Notes under the pieces: model-generated
What the model saw: only the letters and a program-made list of their open reading frames with translations
What the model was told of the DNA's origin: nothing
Database searches by the model: none
Program-made: the position numbers and the translations under genes
Shown: positions 48,982-60,792 of the stretch, in pieces
How the letters are laid out: each line of letters starts with the position of its first letter
Position numbering within the stretch: position 1 is the first letter of the stretch
Source of the DNA: Clostridia bacterium
GTDB lineage: Bacteria > Bacillota > Clostridia > TANB77 > CAG-508
Direction: 5' to 3'
NCBI GenBank assembly: GCA_017511265.1
Contig: JAFWKV010000029.1
Location: forward strand, 547 to 64,546
DNA: 64,000 bases

Positions 48982-50565
48982 TTACATAAATAATTTTATT
49001 TTTTTATTCAATCGAACACTTAAGTCATTTTTATTCAAATCTTGCAAATCTAGTTTAATTATTTGATCTGAAGTTTTATCATCAAAAAATTGCATAAAAA
49101 AGTTTCCATTATCTTTATAAATTTTAATTGATAGTTCTTCTAAAGAAATTATACGTATTCTGAATATATTTTTCATTATTTCGTAATTTACTTCTTCATC
49201 ATTTGCAAATTTTTCTATAATTTTATTGTTTATTGCTTTTTTTATAAGTAGTTGTCCAGTTGTTTTTATAATATTTTGTATGCTTTTTATTTCATATATT
49301 CTTGTGTCTAAGCTAAAAGGTAACAAGCAATAATATCTGTATCTATATATCAAATTTGTGATTTTTTGCTTACTTTCTGCCATTTCTATTTTTATTTTTA
49401 GACATTCAAGAAATAGTTTTTGAAGGTAAATTATTTTTTCTTCTATTTTGCTGTCCAAATCTTTAACAAAGGCTAGTTTTAAAATGTTATATTCTTTTTC
49501 AGTCTCTTCTTTTTTTATCAAGAAGTTTTGAGGTTTTAATAGCATATTGCATTCTTCGTATTCTTTGTATATTTTTTCTCTTTCCTCAATCATTATTTTT
49601 ATCAATACTCTTATGCTAAAAATTTTTTCGTCTAATGATAGTTTTTCATTTCTCTTTAAGTATTCATTTTGTAATAGTTCTCGGTCATTTATTGTTGTAT
49701 CTATTCGTAAAATTTCATTTTGCAATTTGTTTTTTTTGGTTGTTAGTTCTTCAATATATGCTTGTTTGTTATTGAAATTTTCAAGCATTTTTTCTAATTC
49801 TTTTTTTGATTTTTTTATGTCATTCATTATACTTGGATTTACTTTTATTTCCATCAATACTGAAAGTTCATTTAAACATTTTATAATATATTTTGCTCTT
49901 TTTTCTCCATAATTAATGCTTAATTGATTTTCAAATTTTTCTATATAGTCTATTATAGAGTCACCTTTTTTTATCCAATCTTCTATAAATTTTTGCCCTA
50001 TTAAAATTAAAATATTTTGATATATTAAATTATACTCCAAGCTTTCTACTTCTCTTGCAACTGTAGTCCACGACCAACCATTAAATTCTCTTAATGGTTC
50101 TACTGTGTTTATACAATCCCCTATGTTTATTAAATTAGATAAAGTATTACTTAATAAGTAATACTTATCATTTACTATTTTTTCTTTTTTGTCTAACTTT
50201 GATATTGCATATAATAGTTTTCTTGCTATTGGTAAGCATGTTATTTCACTTCTTTTTTTATTTATAGTAAATGTTCTATTTCCTAGTAATTTACTTTGCT
50301 CTGAATTTGGTTTAACTATTTTTATTGTTTTACATTTTTGTTTTATTATAGTTATATAATTTTCAATATACTCTTCTTTGGTTTTTGCATCTTTTTTTAC
50401 TAATTCGTAATCTTTATATGCTGTTTCTATTTTATATAATATTTCTAGGAGAAGACTTTTTGCATTTTCACCAAAGAATTTATTTTCTAAAACTTCCTCA
50501 AGTTCATTTTTATAATTTTTTTTAACAAATTTTTTGAATAAATTCTCTTCTTTTTTACTTTGCAA
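48982..50565 (-). CDS. Uncharacterised Lys/Glu/Ile-rich helical protein
   Basis: 527 aa with no motif recognised. Confidence 0.5.
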   Translation of the reverse strand: MQSKKEENLFKKFVKKNYKNELEEVLENKFFGENAKSLLLEILYKIETAYKDYELVKKDAKTKEEYIENYITIIKQKCKTIKIVKPNSEQSKLLGNRTFTINKKRSEITCLPIARKLLYAISKLDKKEKIVNDKYYLLSNTLSNLINIGDCINTVEPLREFNGWSWTTVAREVESLEYNLIYQNILILIGQKFIEDWIKKGDSIIDYIEKFENQLSINYGEKRAKYIIKCLNELSVLMEIKVNPSIMNDIKKSKKELEKMLENFNNKQAYIEELTTKKNKLQNEILRIDTTINDRELLQNEYLKRNEKLSLDEKIFSIRVLIKIMIEEREKIYKEYEECNMLLKPQNFLIKKEETEKEYNILKLAFVKDLDSKIEEKIIYLQKLFLECLKIKIEMAESKQKITNLIYRYRYYCLLPFSLDTRIYEIKSIQNIIKTTGQLLIKKAINNKIIEKFANDEEVNYEIMKNIFRIRIISLEELSIKIYKDNGNFFMQFFDDKTSDQIIKLDLQDLNKNDLSVRLNKKIKLFM

Positions 50566-50582
50566 CTTTCTTCTCCTTTCTT

Positions 50583-52997
50583 TTATTCTGTTTCAGTAGT
50601 AGTTTCACTTGTACTCATTTTCAATTCTTGCAATTTTTCCATTCCCATAAGTACTTGTCTTGGTTTGCTTCCCTGATATCCTGAAATAATTCCTCTTTCT
50701 TCCATTTGGTCTATAATTCTACCAGCTCTAGCATAACCAACCTTTAATTTCCTTTGAATAAATGATGTTGATGCTTGTCCTGTTTCAACAACTAAATCAA
50801 TTGCCTCCATTAATAATGGGTCTGTATCATCATCTTGAGCGTCTTCTGCTAGTTCTTTTTCTGTTTTGTTACTATTTTCTATACTTTCAAGAATATCTTC
50901 ACTATATGTTGCTGTTCCATTTGATTTTATAAAGTCAACAATTTTTTCAACCTCTCCATCTGAAACAAATGCTCCTTGAACTCTAGTAGGTTTTGGTGCT
51001 CCTGCTGGAAAGAATAGCATGTCACCTTTTCCTAAAAGTTTTTCAGCACCTGTGCTATCTAATATTGTTCTAGAATCAATTTGAGATGATACTGCAAATG
51101 CAATTCTAGAAGGAACATTTGCTTTAATTAAACCTGTAATTACATCAACAGATGGTCTTTGCGTTGCTATTACCAAATGCATTCCTGCAGCTCTTGCTTT
51201 TTGTGCTAAACGACATATTGATTCTTCTACCTCTTTTGCTGCAACCATCATTAAATCTGCAAGTTCGTCTATTATTACGACAATTTGTGGTATTTTAGCT
51301 GTACCACCTTCTTTTTCTACTGCATTATTATATCCTTGTAAGTCTCTAACACCTCTGCTTGCAAATAGTGTATATCTATTGTCCATTTCTTGTACTGCCC
51401 ATGCTAATGCTCCTGCAGCTTTTCTTGGGTCTGTTACAACTGGAATTAATAAATGTGGTATTCCATTATATACTGATAATTCAACAACTTTAGGATCTAC
51501 CATAACTAATTTTACTTCACTTGGCTTACTGTTAAAAATAATACTTGTAATAAGAGTATTTATACACACACTTTTTCCTGATCCTGTAGAACCTGCAATT
51601 AGTACGTGTGGCATTTTAGCTATATCTGCAATTACAGCTTGTCCTGCAATATCCTTTCCTAAAGCAACACTTAATTTTGATTCTGAGTTTAAAAAATTAT
51701 CGCTTTCTAATACATCTCTTAAATGTACTGAAACTTTTTCTTTATTTGGTACTTCTATTCCAACAGCTTGTTTTCCTGGTATTGGTGCTTCTATTCTTAT
51801 TGTTTCTGCTGCTAAATTTAAGGCTATATCATCTGCTAAATTAGCAATTTTACTTACTCTTACTCCTTCTGCAGGTTTTAATTCATATCTTGTTATAGCA
51901 GGACCAACAGAAACATTTTCTACTTTTGCTGAAACTCCAAAACTGTGTAATGTTCTTTGTAATTTGGCTGCTGTATCTGTTAAAGCTTTGGCTCCACCTT
52001 TTAATGTTTTCTTTTGTCCTAGACTTAGCAAAGTTAATGGTGGGTATTCATAATTTTCGTCTTCAACTGTAAGTGTATGTTCTAATTGAAGAACTTCTTT
52101 GGTCTTTTCTTCTTTCTTTTCTTCTTCTTGTTTAAATAAATTACTTTCAATTACATCTGGCGAAGATGTTTCTACATTTTTGTTTGTCTCACTGTCATTT
52201 TTTAACATTTCACTCACTTTTTGTGTGAATTTCTTTGGTTCTTCATGGTTCTCATCTAATACAGCACCATTCAGGTTTATTTTTATTTGTTCATCTTCAG
52301 TTTCATCTAAGGCTATCTCTCTTGCTATGCGTTTTTCTTCTCTTATACGATTTCGCTTATCTTTTGCTTGTTCTTTTTCAGCTCTTCTTTCGTCTTGAAG
52401 TTGCTCTCTTCTTTGTATCCTTTCTTCTTGTATTTCTTCTCTTTTTTCTGCATATTGTTCTAATAATACCCCTAATTTTTCAGATAGATTTATTTCAAAG
52501 GTTATTGCAAATAGAATTATAGATAAAATTATACTAACAATTGTTGCTCCCAATTTTCCAAAAAGTTTAATTAATGGAACAGAGGCTAATGCCCCTAATG
52601 CTCCTCCTCCAGCATTTTCTTTTCCAAGATTATATGCATTTTGGGCAACAACCTGTAGATTATCTTTTACATCTAGCTTACCATTTCCAAATTCAAAACT
52701 ACTAATTAATGTTGCAATACATATTAGTAGCAAAAAATATTTAGCTAATTTTTCTCCTAACATTTCTGTTTTACTACTTGATACTTTGATTGTAATAATT
52801 AATGTTCCCACTGGTAAAATATATTTTAGCCAGCCAATCATTCCACCTAATAAATCACTTATACTTTCTCCCACATATCCTGATTTTGTGTATACAAGTA
52901 CAGCAATTATTATACTAAATATTACGGTTCCCAAAGTCATTAAATCTATACTTTGTGTTTTTTTGGTTCTTTTTTTATATTTTCTTTTTGCTGCCAT
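50583..52997 (-). CDS. ftsK: DNA translocase FtsK/SpoIIIE
   Basis: 804 aa. N-terminal TM domain, charged linker, motor domain with Walker A GSTGSGKS, and a C-terminal gamma (winged-helix) domain. Confidence 0.95.
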   Translation of the reverse strand: MAAKRKYKKRTKKTQSIDLMTLGTVIFSIIIAVLVYTKSGYVGESISDLLGGMIGWLKYILPVGTLIITIKVSSSKTEMLGEKLAKYFLLLICIATLISSFEFGNGKLDVKDNLQVVAQNAYNLGKENAGGGALGALASVPLIKLFGKLGATIVSIILSIILFAITFEINLSEKLGVLLEQYAEKREEIQEERIQRREQLQDERRAEKEQAKDKRNRIREEKRIAREIALDETEDEQIKINLNGAVLDENHEEPKKFTQKVSEMLKNDSETNKNVETSSPDVIESNLFKQEEEKKEEKTKEVLQLEHTLTVEDENYEYPPLTLLSLGQKKTLKGGAKALTDTAAKLQRTLHSFGVSAKVENVSVGPAITRYELKPAEGVRVSKIANLADDIALNLAAETIRIEAPIPGKQAVGIEVPNKEKVSVHLRDVLESDNFLNSESKLSVALGKDIAGQAVIADIAKMPHVLIAGSTGSGKSVCINTLITSIIFNSKPSEVKLVMVDPKVVELSVYNGIPHLLIPVVTDPRKAAGALAWAVQEMDNRYTLFASRGVRDLQGYNNAVEKEGGTAKIPQIVVIIDELADLMMVAAKEVEESICRLAQKARAAGMHLVIATQRPSVDVITGLIKANVPSRIAFAVSSQIDSRTILDSTGAEKLLGKGDMLFFPAGAPKPTRVQGAFVSDGEVEKIVDFIKSNGTATYSEDILESIENSNKTEKELAEDAQDDDTDPLLMEAIDLVVETGQASTSFIQRKLKVGYARAGRIIDQMEERGIISGYQGSKPRQVLMGMEKLQELKMSTSETTTETE

Positions 52998-53075
52998 TTA
53001 CAACATCCTTTCTGTTTCTTTTAATTAAAACCACAAATTGGAGGTCTGATTTTTTAAGACCTCTGACCTCCAATT

Positions 53076-53579
53076 TTATTTTAACTCTTTTCTACTATTT
53101 TGTATTGTTTTTATGGTATCTTCTAAAGATATCTGCATTAAGTTCAAGGCTTCTCCCATATTCTTTTCTAAATTCGATAAAGTATTTGAAAGAACCTGCT
53201 CAGTTTCTTCTAATAAATTGTCAGCATAGTCTTTTGTTCCTTTTGAAATCTCTCTTGACATTTCATTTGCAGTTTCTATTATTTCTGTTTTTTGATCATA
53301 AGCCTTTCTTGTTATTTCATGTTCATCAATCATAGATATTATTCTATTCTCTGCTTCTTTAACAATATCATCTGCTTCTTTTTGAGCTTCTACTAAAATA
53401 CGTTGTCTTTCTTCTTTTACCCATTTGGCCTGTTTTAATTCATCAGGAAGTTTTATTCTAATTTCTTTTATAATATCTAGAAGTTCGTCTTTATCAACTA
53501 TTCCTTTCGCAGAAAATGGTACATTTCTGGCATTTTCTATAATATCTTCTAAAGTTTCTAATAATGTAAAAATTTCCAT
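53076..53579 (-). CDS. Coiled-coil hypothetical protein (167 aa)
   Basis: All-helical, Glu/Lys-rich. The start is taken at MEIFTLLE (ATG 53579, after AGGGAGG). Confidence 0.5.
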   Translation of the reverse strand: MEIFTLLETLEDIIENARNVPFSAKGIVDKDELLDIIKEIRIKLPDELKQAKWVKEERQRILVEAQKEADDIVKEAENRIISMIDEHEITRKAYDQKTEIIETANEMSREISKGTKDYADNLLEETEQVLSNTLSNLEKNMGEALNLMQISLEDTIKTIQNSRKELK

Positions 53580-53603
53580 TTTTATCCTCCCTTTCGGCAC
53601 AAG

Positions 53604-54149
53604 TTATTTTTTTATGAAAATAACTGTTACTCTGCCGTATTTCCTTTTGTCTATTCTGTAATTATTTAAATTTGTAATTTCATCAATTATTTTAGAATTA
53701 TCAGTTTCAACTATTATCTTTGTATCATCTTTAATTATATTTAGTTCTTCTGCTAATTTTATTGCTTGTTGTATAAAATCCGTTTTATAAGGTGGGTCTA
53801 AGTATATAAAATCAATTTTTTCATTTGCTACTCTTTTTAAGCAATCTTTAAAATCTATATTATATACTTTTACTTTTTCTTCTAGATGAGTTTTTTCAAT
53901 ATTTTTATTTATTATTTTTATCGCATCTTTTGATTTATCACACATAATTACTTTTTGAGCACCTCTGCTTGCAGCTTCTAATGCGACTGCTCCACTACCT
54001 GAAAATAAATCTAAAAAAATCGAGTTTCTTATTTCATTTTGAATTATATTAAATATTGATTCTTTAACTCTATCTAATGTTGGTCTTGTTTGAATACCTT
54101 CTAGTGTATATAATTTTGTTCCTCTTGCTGTTCCACTTATAATTCTCAT
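53604..54149 (-). CDS. rsmD: 16S rRNA (guanine966-N2)-methyltransferase RsmD
   Basis: 181 aa with RPT.DRVKE..FN, the SAM-binding motif DLFSGSG and DPPY. Confidence 0.9.
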   Translation of the reverse strand: MRIISGTARGTKLYTLEGIQTRPTLDRVKESIFNIIQNEIRNSIFLDLFSGSGAVALEAASRGAQKVIMCDKSKDAIKIINKNIEKTHLEEKVKVYNIDFKDCLKRVANEKIDFIYLDPPYKTDFIQQAIKLAEELNIIKDDTKIIVETDNSKIIDEITNLNNYRIDKRKYGRVTVIFIKK

Positions 54150-54331
54150 TCTTTTACCTTTCTTCTATTATATTTTATTAGTTTATTTTGTAAAGTCAAT
54201 AGTATTAACAAAAATGTAATATATATTTAATAGTTCTGTAATATTTTTACTAAATTGTAATATTTTTCTATGTTTTTTGTCATAAAGCAATAAAAAAAGA
54301 CTATTCATAATAAAATAGTCTTTTGTAAAAT

Positions 54332-54781
54332 TTAGTCTTTATTTACTTCTTTTAATAATTCTAATTGAGAAATTAATAATGATTCCATTTTTGCTTTGTA
54401 TACATCAAATTGCTTAGTTAATTCCTCTTTTTGTTGTTCTTTAGCTGCTACTTCTTGATTTAATTTATTTACAGTATCCTGTATTGAAGATTTTGCTTCA
54501 GCTACAATTTGATCTGCTTGCTGTTTTGCTACATTTTTAACTTCTTCAGCAGTTGATTGTGCCATAAGTAATGTGTTTTGTAATGTTCCTTCTATAGTTC
54601 TGTATTTACTTAGCGCATCTTCTAATTCTTCTATTCTTCCTTTTTGTTCAGTTAATTCTTTATATATTTTTGCATAATCTACAGATAAATCATCTAAAAA
54701 ATCGTCAACATCTTCTACACTGTATCCATTCATCATTTGTTTAGAAAATTTTTTATTTTCTATGTCTAATGGTGTTATCAT
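54332..54781 (-). CDS. divIVA: DivIVA domain cell-division protein
   Basis: 149 aa. The N-terminus MITPLDIENKKFSKQMMNGYSVEDVDDFLD matches the DivIVA lipid-binding domain and is followed by a coiled coil. Confidence 0.88.
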   Translation of the reverse strand: MITPLDIENKKFSKQMMNGYSVEDVDDFLDDLSVDYAKIYKELTEQKGRIEELEDALSKYRTIEGTLQNTLLMAQSTAEEVKNVAKQQADQIVAEAKSSIQDTVNKLNQEVAAKEQQKEELTKQFDVYKAKMESLLISQLELLKEVNKD

Positions 54782-54804
54782 TTTGGATCCTCCTCTGTAT
54801 TAAA

Positions 54805-55290
54805 TTAGTTAAGGTTGTTATTTTTCAACCATGAAACAGATAATTTACTTTTAATTTCTTCTCTGGCCATTTCATTTGTAATTTCATAGTTCACTGGTGC
54901 AACTAGAAATATTGAATTAGATATTTTTTGAATATGTCCATCTAATGCAAAAACTCCACCACTTATAAAATCTACTATTCTTCTAGCAGCTTCTTTATTA
55001 ACATACTCTAAATTTACAATTACAGATTTCTTTTCTTTCAAAAAGTTACAAATTTCTTCAGATTGTTCAAAAGTTGTTGGTTGTGAAATAACCATTCTAA
55101 CTGATTGTGATTGTGCTTGTGGCATAGCCACTACTTTTTTTCTATTTCCAAAAATTTTTCTTCCATCTGTTTCTTCTTCTACATTTTCGTATTCTTCATC
55201 TATATAATCTGCTCCATCTTCATATTCTTCCTCTGCTTGATCTCCCATTCCAAAAATTCCCCAAACTTTGTCCATTATTGCTCCTGTCAT
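54805..55290 (-). CDS. sepF: Cell division protein SepF
   Basis: 161 aa with an N-terminal amphipathic helix (DKVWGIFG) and a C-terminal SepF core (VISQPTTFEQSEEICNFLKEKKSVIVNL...FLVAP). Confidence 0.85.
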   Translation of the reverse strand: MTGAIMDKVWGIFGMGDQAEEEYEDGADYIDEEYENVEEETDGRKIFGNRKKVVAMPQAQSQSVRMVISQPTTFEQSEEICNFLKEKKSVIVNLEYVNKEAARRIVDFISGGVFALDGHIQKISNSIFLVAPVNYEITNEMAREEIKSKLSVSWLKNNNLN

Positions 55291-55417
55291 GAATAAAACC
55301 TCCTAATATTTAAAATCTTTTGTTTTGTTGTTTATAGTATCTATCTTTTTTTTACAATTGTCAATAGTTTTTTAAATTGTCTTACAATTTTAATATTTCT
55401 GTAACATTTTTGTAATA

Positions 55418-56665
55418 TTACTCTACTTTTTCTAAATTAGGATTTAATAAAATTTCGTCATAAAGAGATATTTTTTTGTAAGATGATATTTCTTGTGGAT
55501 TATATCCTAATTCTTTCAATTCATCTGTGGTATATGATGTTACTATTGAATAATTATCGTTTTTTCTTAAAACTTTTACTAGTATTTTATTTGAATATCC
55601 TGCTCTACTTCTTACTACATATTGCAATCCATTTTGTTCAATAATAGCTTGATTTGGAACTTTAAGTCCTGCATAACTCCACCATATTAAATTAAATGAA
55701 AGTTTTCTATAATTTATTAATTCATCTGTTAATTCTTTTGTTTCTAATACAATTATATTATTGCCAGTATCTTCTGGTTTTATATATTTTATTTCGGCTG
55801 CAATTTCTTTTTCTTCAGAAAATGATACTTTTAATTTATCTCCTACTTTTGCTTCTTTTGCCTTTTCAGAATTTAAAATTGTAACAATATAACAAGAAAA
55901 ATTATCAATTACTTTTCCAGATTCATCACTGGTTGCTACCATTTTTCCTGTTTTTAAATTTAAATTTTGTAAATAGCTTTCACTTAAATATGTAAAATCA
56001 ACATTTGCTAATGTTTCTTCTAGTCCATCAACTCTATATGAAACGACCCCACTATTCGGAGCTTTTACATATTCTGACCCTGAATTTAATTGATTTTCAT
56101 ATTTGCTTCTTTCTTCAATTAGTTCTTTTATATATGAACCACTTGGACTTAGTTCACCTGCCATTTTTGCTTTTTTTGTAACTAAATCACCTATTTGTTT
56201 CTTAGATTCAGTAATTTCATTAAGATTTGTTAGTTCATTTAGGTTAGTAATTTTTTCATCAATTTGTCCTTCTAAGATTTTTAAATCTGAACTATATATA
56301 TTTGTGTTTTCTTTTGCTAATGCTTCTTCTATTTTTCCATCTAATTCTACAATTTTTTCCTTTAATTCTTCTTCATTATTGCTGTAATATCTAAAAATAG
56401 ACTGATTATTTGCTACTTTTTCTCCTTCTATAGCTATTTGTTCCATTCCATTTTTATAATTTTCACCTTTTACAACTGCTTCTTTCCTTATTACATATCC
56501 TTCAGCAATTTCTTCTAAATACAGTGTTCCCTTTTCTACAGTAAATGTATCAGTTGGTTGTTTAACTAATAAGTATGCTGTATATAAAACATATATGAAA
56601 ATTAAAGTTAAAGCTATAGTTACAAATATTTTATTATTCTGTTTTACTTTGCTTTTATTTTTCAA
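55418..56665 (-). CDS. HlyD-like membrane-fusion/adaptor family protein
   Basis: 415 aa. N-terminal TM segment, a coiled-coil hairpin flanked by beta-barrel-like segments (APNSGVVSYRVDG). Confidence 0.5.
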   Translation of the reverse strand: MKNKSKVKQNNKIFVTIALTLIFIYVLYTAYLLVKQPTDTFTVEKGTLYLEEIAEGYVIRKEAVVKGENYKNGMEQIAIEGEKVANNQSIFRYYSNNEEELKEKIVELDGKIEEALAKENTNIYSSDLKILEGQIDEKITNLNELTNLNEITESKKQIGDLVTKKAKMAGELSPSGSYIKELIEERSKYENQLNSGSEYVKAPNSGVVSYRVDGLEETLANVDFTYLSESYLQNLNLKTGKMVATSDESGKVIDNFSCYIVTILNSEKAKEAKVGDKLKVSFSEEKEIAAEIKYIKPEDTGNNIIVLETKELTDELINYRKLSFNLIWWSYAGLKVPNQAIIEQNGLQYVVRSRAGYSNKILVKVLRKNDNYSIVTSYTTDELKELGYNPQEISSYKKISLYDEILLNPNLEKVE

Positions 56666-57582
56666 TTTATACCCTCCAAAATAATATTAATATTATTTTG
56701 TATTTCTTCTGTTCCATCAAGCCATATTGTTTCTTTGTTTTTTCTAAACCATGTTAGTTGCCTTTTAGCATATCGTCTTGTTTGCATTTTTATATTGTCA
56801 CACATTTCTTCAAAAGAGTTTTTTCCATCTAAATACTCTGCAACTTCCTTATATCCAAGTCCTTGCATTGCAGTTGGAAATTCCGAATATTTTTGAAGTA
56901 AGTCTTTTACTTCTTGTACTAATCCGTCTTCAATCATAAAGTCTACACGTTTGTTTATTCTATCATATAAAATTTCTCTGTCCATATTTATTGCATAAAT
57001 TTTAAAATTATATTTTACTCCATTTTTTCTTGATTCTCGTTCTAATTCTGTTTTTGTCTTTCCTGTTGATTTATATATTTCTAGAACTCTCATAATTCTT
57101 TTTTTGTCATTTATGCTTATCTTTTTCATTGCCTCTTCGTCAATTTCTTTTGCTTTGTTGTATAAAAATTCTAGTCCCTGTTTTTCAATTATTTGTTCTA
57201 ATTCTTTTCTATATTTCTCGTCTACTTTAATTTCATTATATTCTATTCCATATATTAAGCTATCGATATATAATCCTGTTCCACCCACTAAAATTGGCTT
57301 TTTATTTTTTGACAGTATTTCTTCAATAGCAAGTATTGCATCTTTTTTGAAATCTGCTACACTATATCGTTTTTCAGGAGATACAAAGTCTATTAGGTAG
57401 TGTTTTATTCCTTGCATTTCTTCTGGACTTGGTTTTGCTGTACCTATCGTCATATCTTTGTATATTTGCATTGAATCGCAAGATACTATTTCACCATTAA
57501 TCTTTTTTGCAAGTTCTATTCCTAGTTTTGTTTTACCTGATGCCGTTGGTCCACAAATCACTATAACATTAGGTTTATCCAC
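56662..57582 (-). CDS. miaA: tRNA dimethylallyltransferase
   Basis: 306 aa with the P-loop GPTASGKT, DSMQIYK and VGGTGLY. Confidence 0.95.
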   Translation of the reverse strand: MDKPNVIVICGPTASGKTKLGIELAKKINGEIVSCDSMQIYKDMTIGTAKPSPEEMQGIKHYLIDFVSPEKRYSVADFKKDAILAIEEILSKNKKPILVGGTGLYIDSLIYGIEYNEIKVDEKYRKELEQIIEKQGLEFLYNKAKEIDEEAMKKISINDKKRIMRVLEIYKSTGKTKTELERESRKNGVKYNFKIYAINMDREILYDRINKRVDFMIEDGLVQEVKDLLQKYSEFPTAMQGLGYKEVAEYLDGKNSFEEMCDNIKMQTRRYAKRQLTWFRKNKETIWLDGTEEIQNNINIILEGIN

Positions 57583-57595
57583 TATATACCTCCTT

Positions 57596-58027
57596 TTATT
57601 TATTATTTATCATATTTATAATTCCTTGTTGTGTACTTTTAAAATATGAGTATTCAATTATCAAAATTATTATAAAAAGAATCACGAATGCAATTAGTTT
57701 TTTATTAAATTTCTCTCTTGCAATTTCATTTGTGCTTATTTTCCCGATAATGCTGGCCAGATAAGGCATTGTTAGTAATCCATTAACAGGTATAAATACA
57801 GCTAATAACATATTTCTAACTTTTCCTATCATTTCTTCATTTTCATAATTAATACCATTTGATGATATATTAAATATAATTAGTGTTATTATGTACATTA
57901 TAAGTAATCCTGTTGCAATATATGCTATTTTTACTTTGATGTCATTTACAAAACTTAATTTATGTAATGAAAATACTACTAACAATATATATAGTATTAT
58001 TGTTATTGTAACTATAAGTACTATCAC
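57596..58027 (-). CDS. Small polytopic membrane protein (4 TM), function unknown
   Basis: 143 aa hydrophobic ORF, tightly packed between mutL and miaA. Confidence 0.5.
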   Translation of the reverse strand: MIVLIVTITIILYILLVVFSLHKLSFVNDIKVKIAYIATGLLIMYIITLIIFNISSNGINYENEEMIGKVRNMLLAVFIPVNGLLTMPYLASIIGKISTNEIAREKFNKKLIAFVILFIIILIIEYSYFKSTQQGIINMINNK

Positions 58028-58039
58028 TGCTTATGCCTC

Positions 58040-60622
58040 CTATTTTCTTGCAAATTTTCTTTCTAAATCATATTTAGTCATTTTAATCGCAATTGGTCTA
58101 CCATGAGGACATGTGAATGGATTTGGTAATTTTAATAATTCATTTAGCAATTTATGTACCTCTTCCTCACTTAAATCCATTCCAGCTTTTACTGCTGCTT
58201 TGCATGCTACTGTTGCAATAAATCTTTCTTCTATTTCTTGTTTTGCTGTTCTTGCTATTGAATTTATTTCATCTAGTGTTTCTAAGAATAGTTCTTTTGT
58301 GTCTAAATTAATACATATTTCTGGAACTCCTGATAATTTTATGGTATTTTCTCCAAATTCTTCTAATACAAAGCCTGCTCTTTCAAACATTTTTATATTA
58401 TCTCTGGTAATATCCATTTCTTTATGTGTTAATGTAATAACATCTGGAAGTAGCATTAATTGTGAATTTTTTGATACTTCTCCACTATAATAATTATTTT
58501 TTACCTTTTCATATAGAATTCTTTCATGGGCTGCATGTTGATCAAACATATACAATTCTTTGTTCATTTCTAATATTATATAAGTTTTAAATGCTATTCC
58601 AATATATCTATATTCTGGTGCTTGTTCTTCTTCTATTTTTTCGAAAATTGATACTCTATTGTCTTCTGAAATAATGTCATATGCACTATTTACTTTTTTA
58701 GCATCATCTTCTTCAGTATTTATATCTTTTTCTTCTTTTTCTATCTCTGTTTCGTCAATTTTAGGCATTACTCCAAATGTTTTATAGTACATTTCTTTAA
58801 AGTCTAAAGGCATTTCTTGTTCTGTATTTTCTAGCATTTCATCTATTTTGCTCTTTACCTCTTCCGCTTCTTTTTGTAATTCTTCGTTTTGAATAGTTTC
58901 TTGGGCTTCATTTACTTCTTCTGCTTCATTGGTTAGAATTGCTTCAGCTTCATTATTTAATTCATTTTGTTCTTCATTTTCATGTTCATTTTTCATATTA
59001 ATTATTGCTTTTGGCAATTCATCTTCACTTGTTTCTGTAGTTGTAGTATTTTGGTTTAATTTATTGATTTCGTTGTTTTCAATTACTGCATTTTCTTCAT
59101 TTATCTCTGTTACTACATTTGAATCTGTTTCGTTAGTTTCAAGTTTTTCTTGTGCTTTTAACACATACTCTGTTTTTTCTTCTTCAACATCTATATTACT
59201 TTTTTCTTCTTCATCTTCATTAATTGTATATCCAAATTCTTTTTTAGCATTGTCAACCTCTGCTTGCATTTTTTGTTGAAGTTGCTTTAGTTGTTCTAAT
59301 ACTTCAAATGTATCAATAAATTCTCCTGTTGTTTTTTTACTTTCTTCTTTTGGAGTTTTTGTATATTCTTCCTTTACCTTTTGATTTTCTTGTATATTAA
59401 TTTCTTGTGCTTTTTCTTCTTGTTTATGTTCTTCTTGTTTATCATTATATATTTGGGAAATAATGTTATCTCTTTCTCCTATGTCATTTATTTCTTTGTC
59501 GATTTCCTCTTTTTTCTTTTTCCTCCAGCCAAATAAACCTCCTGCTCTATCTTCTTTATGTGGCTTAATAACTTCAGGCAATGTATTTTCAATCTTTTTA
59601 TGTTCTGGTTCTTTTGCAGTATTAGCTACAAGTTCACTTTTAAGTAAAGCATCTTTTACTGTATGGTATATTGCTTTAAAAATTTTGTTTTCTTCTTCAA
59701 ATCTAACTTCTAATTTTGCTGGGTGCACATTTACATCTACTTTACTTGGATCTAATTCAATATTTAATACTACAAATCCAAATTTACCAAGTGGTATCAT
59801 TCCTTTGAATGCTTCAGCTACAGCTGCAGATAATGTTTTGTCTTTTATATATCTTTTATTAACAAAAAATATTTGCCTTGACCTGTTTGATCTTGCAGTT
59901 TCAGGTTTTCCAACAATTCCTTTGACTTTAATATCTTCATATTTATACTCGGTTGTTATTGCAGCTTCTGCTACATCTTTTCCATAAATACTATATATTA
60001 CACTTGATAGCTTTCCATCTCCTGTTGTTTGAATTATTGTTTTTCCTGTATTTATAAATTTAAATGCTATTTCTGGATGTACTAATGCACTATGTGTTAT
60101 GACATCTTCTATGTATCCTGATTCTGTATAATCCTTTTTTAAAAATTTATATCTTACTGGTGTATTATAAAATAGGTTGTTTACTGTAATTATTGTACCT
60201 GTAGAACATGCAGCCTCTTCCTTTGTTAATATATTTCCACCTTCTACAACTACTCTATATCCTTCACTTTGAACTGCTGTTTTTGATACTAATTCAACAT
60301 TTGCTACTGCTGCAATACTGGCTAATGCTTCTCCTCTAAACCCCATTGATCTTACTGTTTGTAAATCATCAGCTTTCCTTATTTTACTTGTTGCATGTCT
60401 TTCAAATGCCATTTCTAAATCATCTGCCGCTATTCCCATTCCGTTGTCTACTATTCTTATGTAAGATATTCCACCATTTCTGATTTCTACTGTAATATTA
60501 TTTGCTCCTGCATCTATAGAATTTTCAATCATTTCTTTTATTACTGATGCTGGTCTCTCTATAACTTCTCCTGCTGCTATTTTGTTTATTGTTAGATCGT
60601 CTAGTAAAACTATATTTCCCAT
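58040..60622 (-). CDS. mutL: DNA mismatch repair endonuclease MutL with an expanded ~400-aa Glu/Lys/Asn-rich linker
   Basis: 860 aa with the GHKL ATPase N-domain (AAGEVIERPASVIKE, DNG.GI, GFRGEAL) and the C-terminal endonuclease motif DQHAAHERILYE. Confidence 0.95.
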   Translation of the reverse strand: MGNIVLLDDLTINKIAAGEVIERPASVIKEMIENSIDAGANNITVEIRNGGISYIRIVDNGMGIAADDLEMAFERHATSKIRKADDLQTVRSMGFRGEALASIAAVANVELVSKTAVQSEGYRVVVEGGNILTKEEAACSTGTIITVNNLFYNTPVRYKFLKKDYTESGYIEDVITHSALVHPEIAFKFINTGKTIIQTTGDGKLSSVIYSIYGKDVAEAAITTEYKYEDIKVKGIVGKPETARSNRSRQIFFVNKRYIKDKTLSAAVAEAFKGMIPLGKFGFVVLNIELDPSKVDVNVHPAKLEVRFEEENKIFKAIYHTVKDALLKSELVANTAKEPEHKKIENTLPEVIKPHKEDRAGGLFGWRKKKKEEIDKEINDIGERDNIISQIYNDKQEEHKQEEKAQEINIQENQKVKEEYTKTPKEESKKTTGEFIDTFEVLEQLKQLQQKMQAEVDNAKKEFGYTINEDEEEKSNIDVEEEKTEYVLKAQEKLETNETDSNVVTEINEENAVIENNEINKLNQNTTTTETSEDELPKAIINMKNEHENEEQNELNNEAEAILTNEAEEVNEAQETIQNEELQKEAEEVKSKIDEMLENTEQEMPLDFKEMYYKTFGVMPKIDETEIEKEEKDINTEEDDAKKVNSAYDIISEDNRVSIFEKIEEEQAPEYRYIGIAFKTYIILEMNKELYMFDQHAAHERILYEKVKNNYYSGEVSKNSQLMLLPDVITLTHKEMDITRDNIKMFERAGFVLEEFGENTIKLSGVPEICINLDTKELFLETLDEINSIARTAKQEIEERFIATVACKAAVKAGMDLSEEEVHKLLNELLKLPNPFTCPHGRPIAIKMTKYDLERKFARK

Positions 60623-60792
60623 TTTTAATCCTCCAATTTTTATTACATATTACAGTATGAATTATATCATTAACTTTTCTTTTTTGTATAGGGTTTTTAT
60701 AAAATTTGTAACAAAAATTTTATGAGTTCATATTATATATCATACAAAAGATTTACGAAAGCTACTTATCAATATGAAGGGAGGTAAGTTTT

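Noticed and set aside
60660-60792. A sporulation-sigma (SigE, SigK or SigG) promoter might lie upstream of the 37-aa Cys-rich ORF.
   Set aside because: CATATT and CATACAAA-like strings are present, but their spacing (about 6 nt) does not fit any sporulation sigma consensus, so I make no promoter call.
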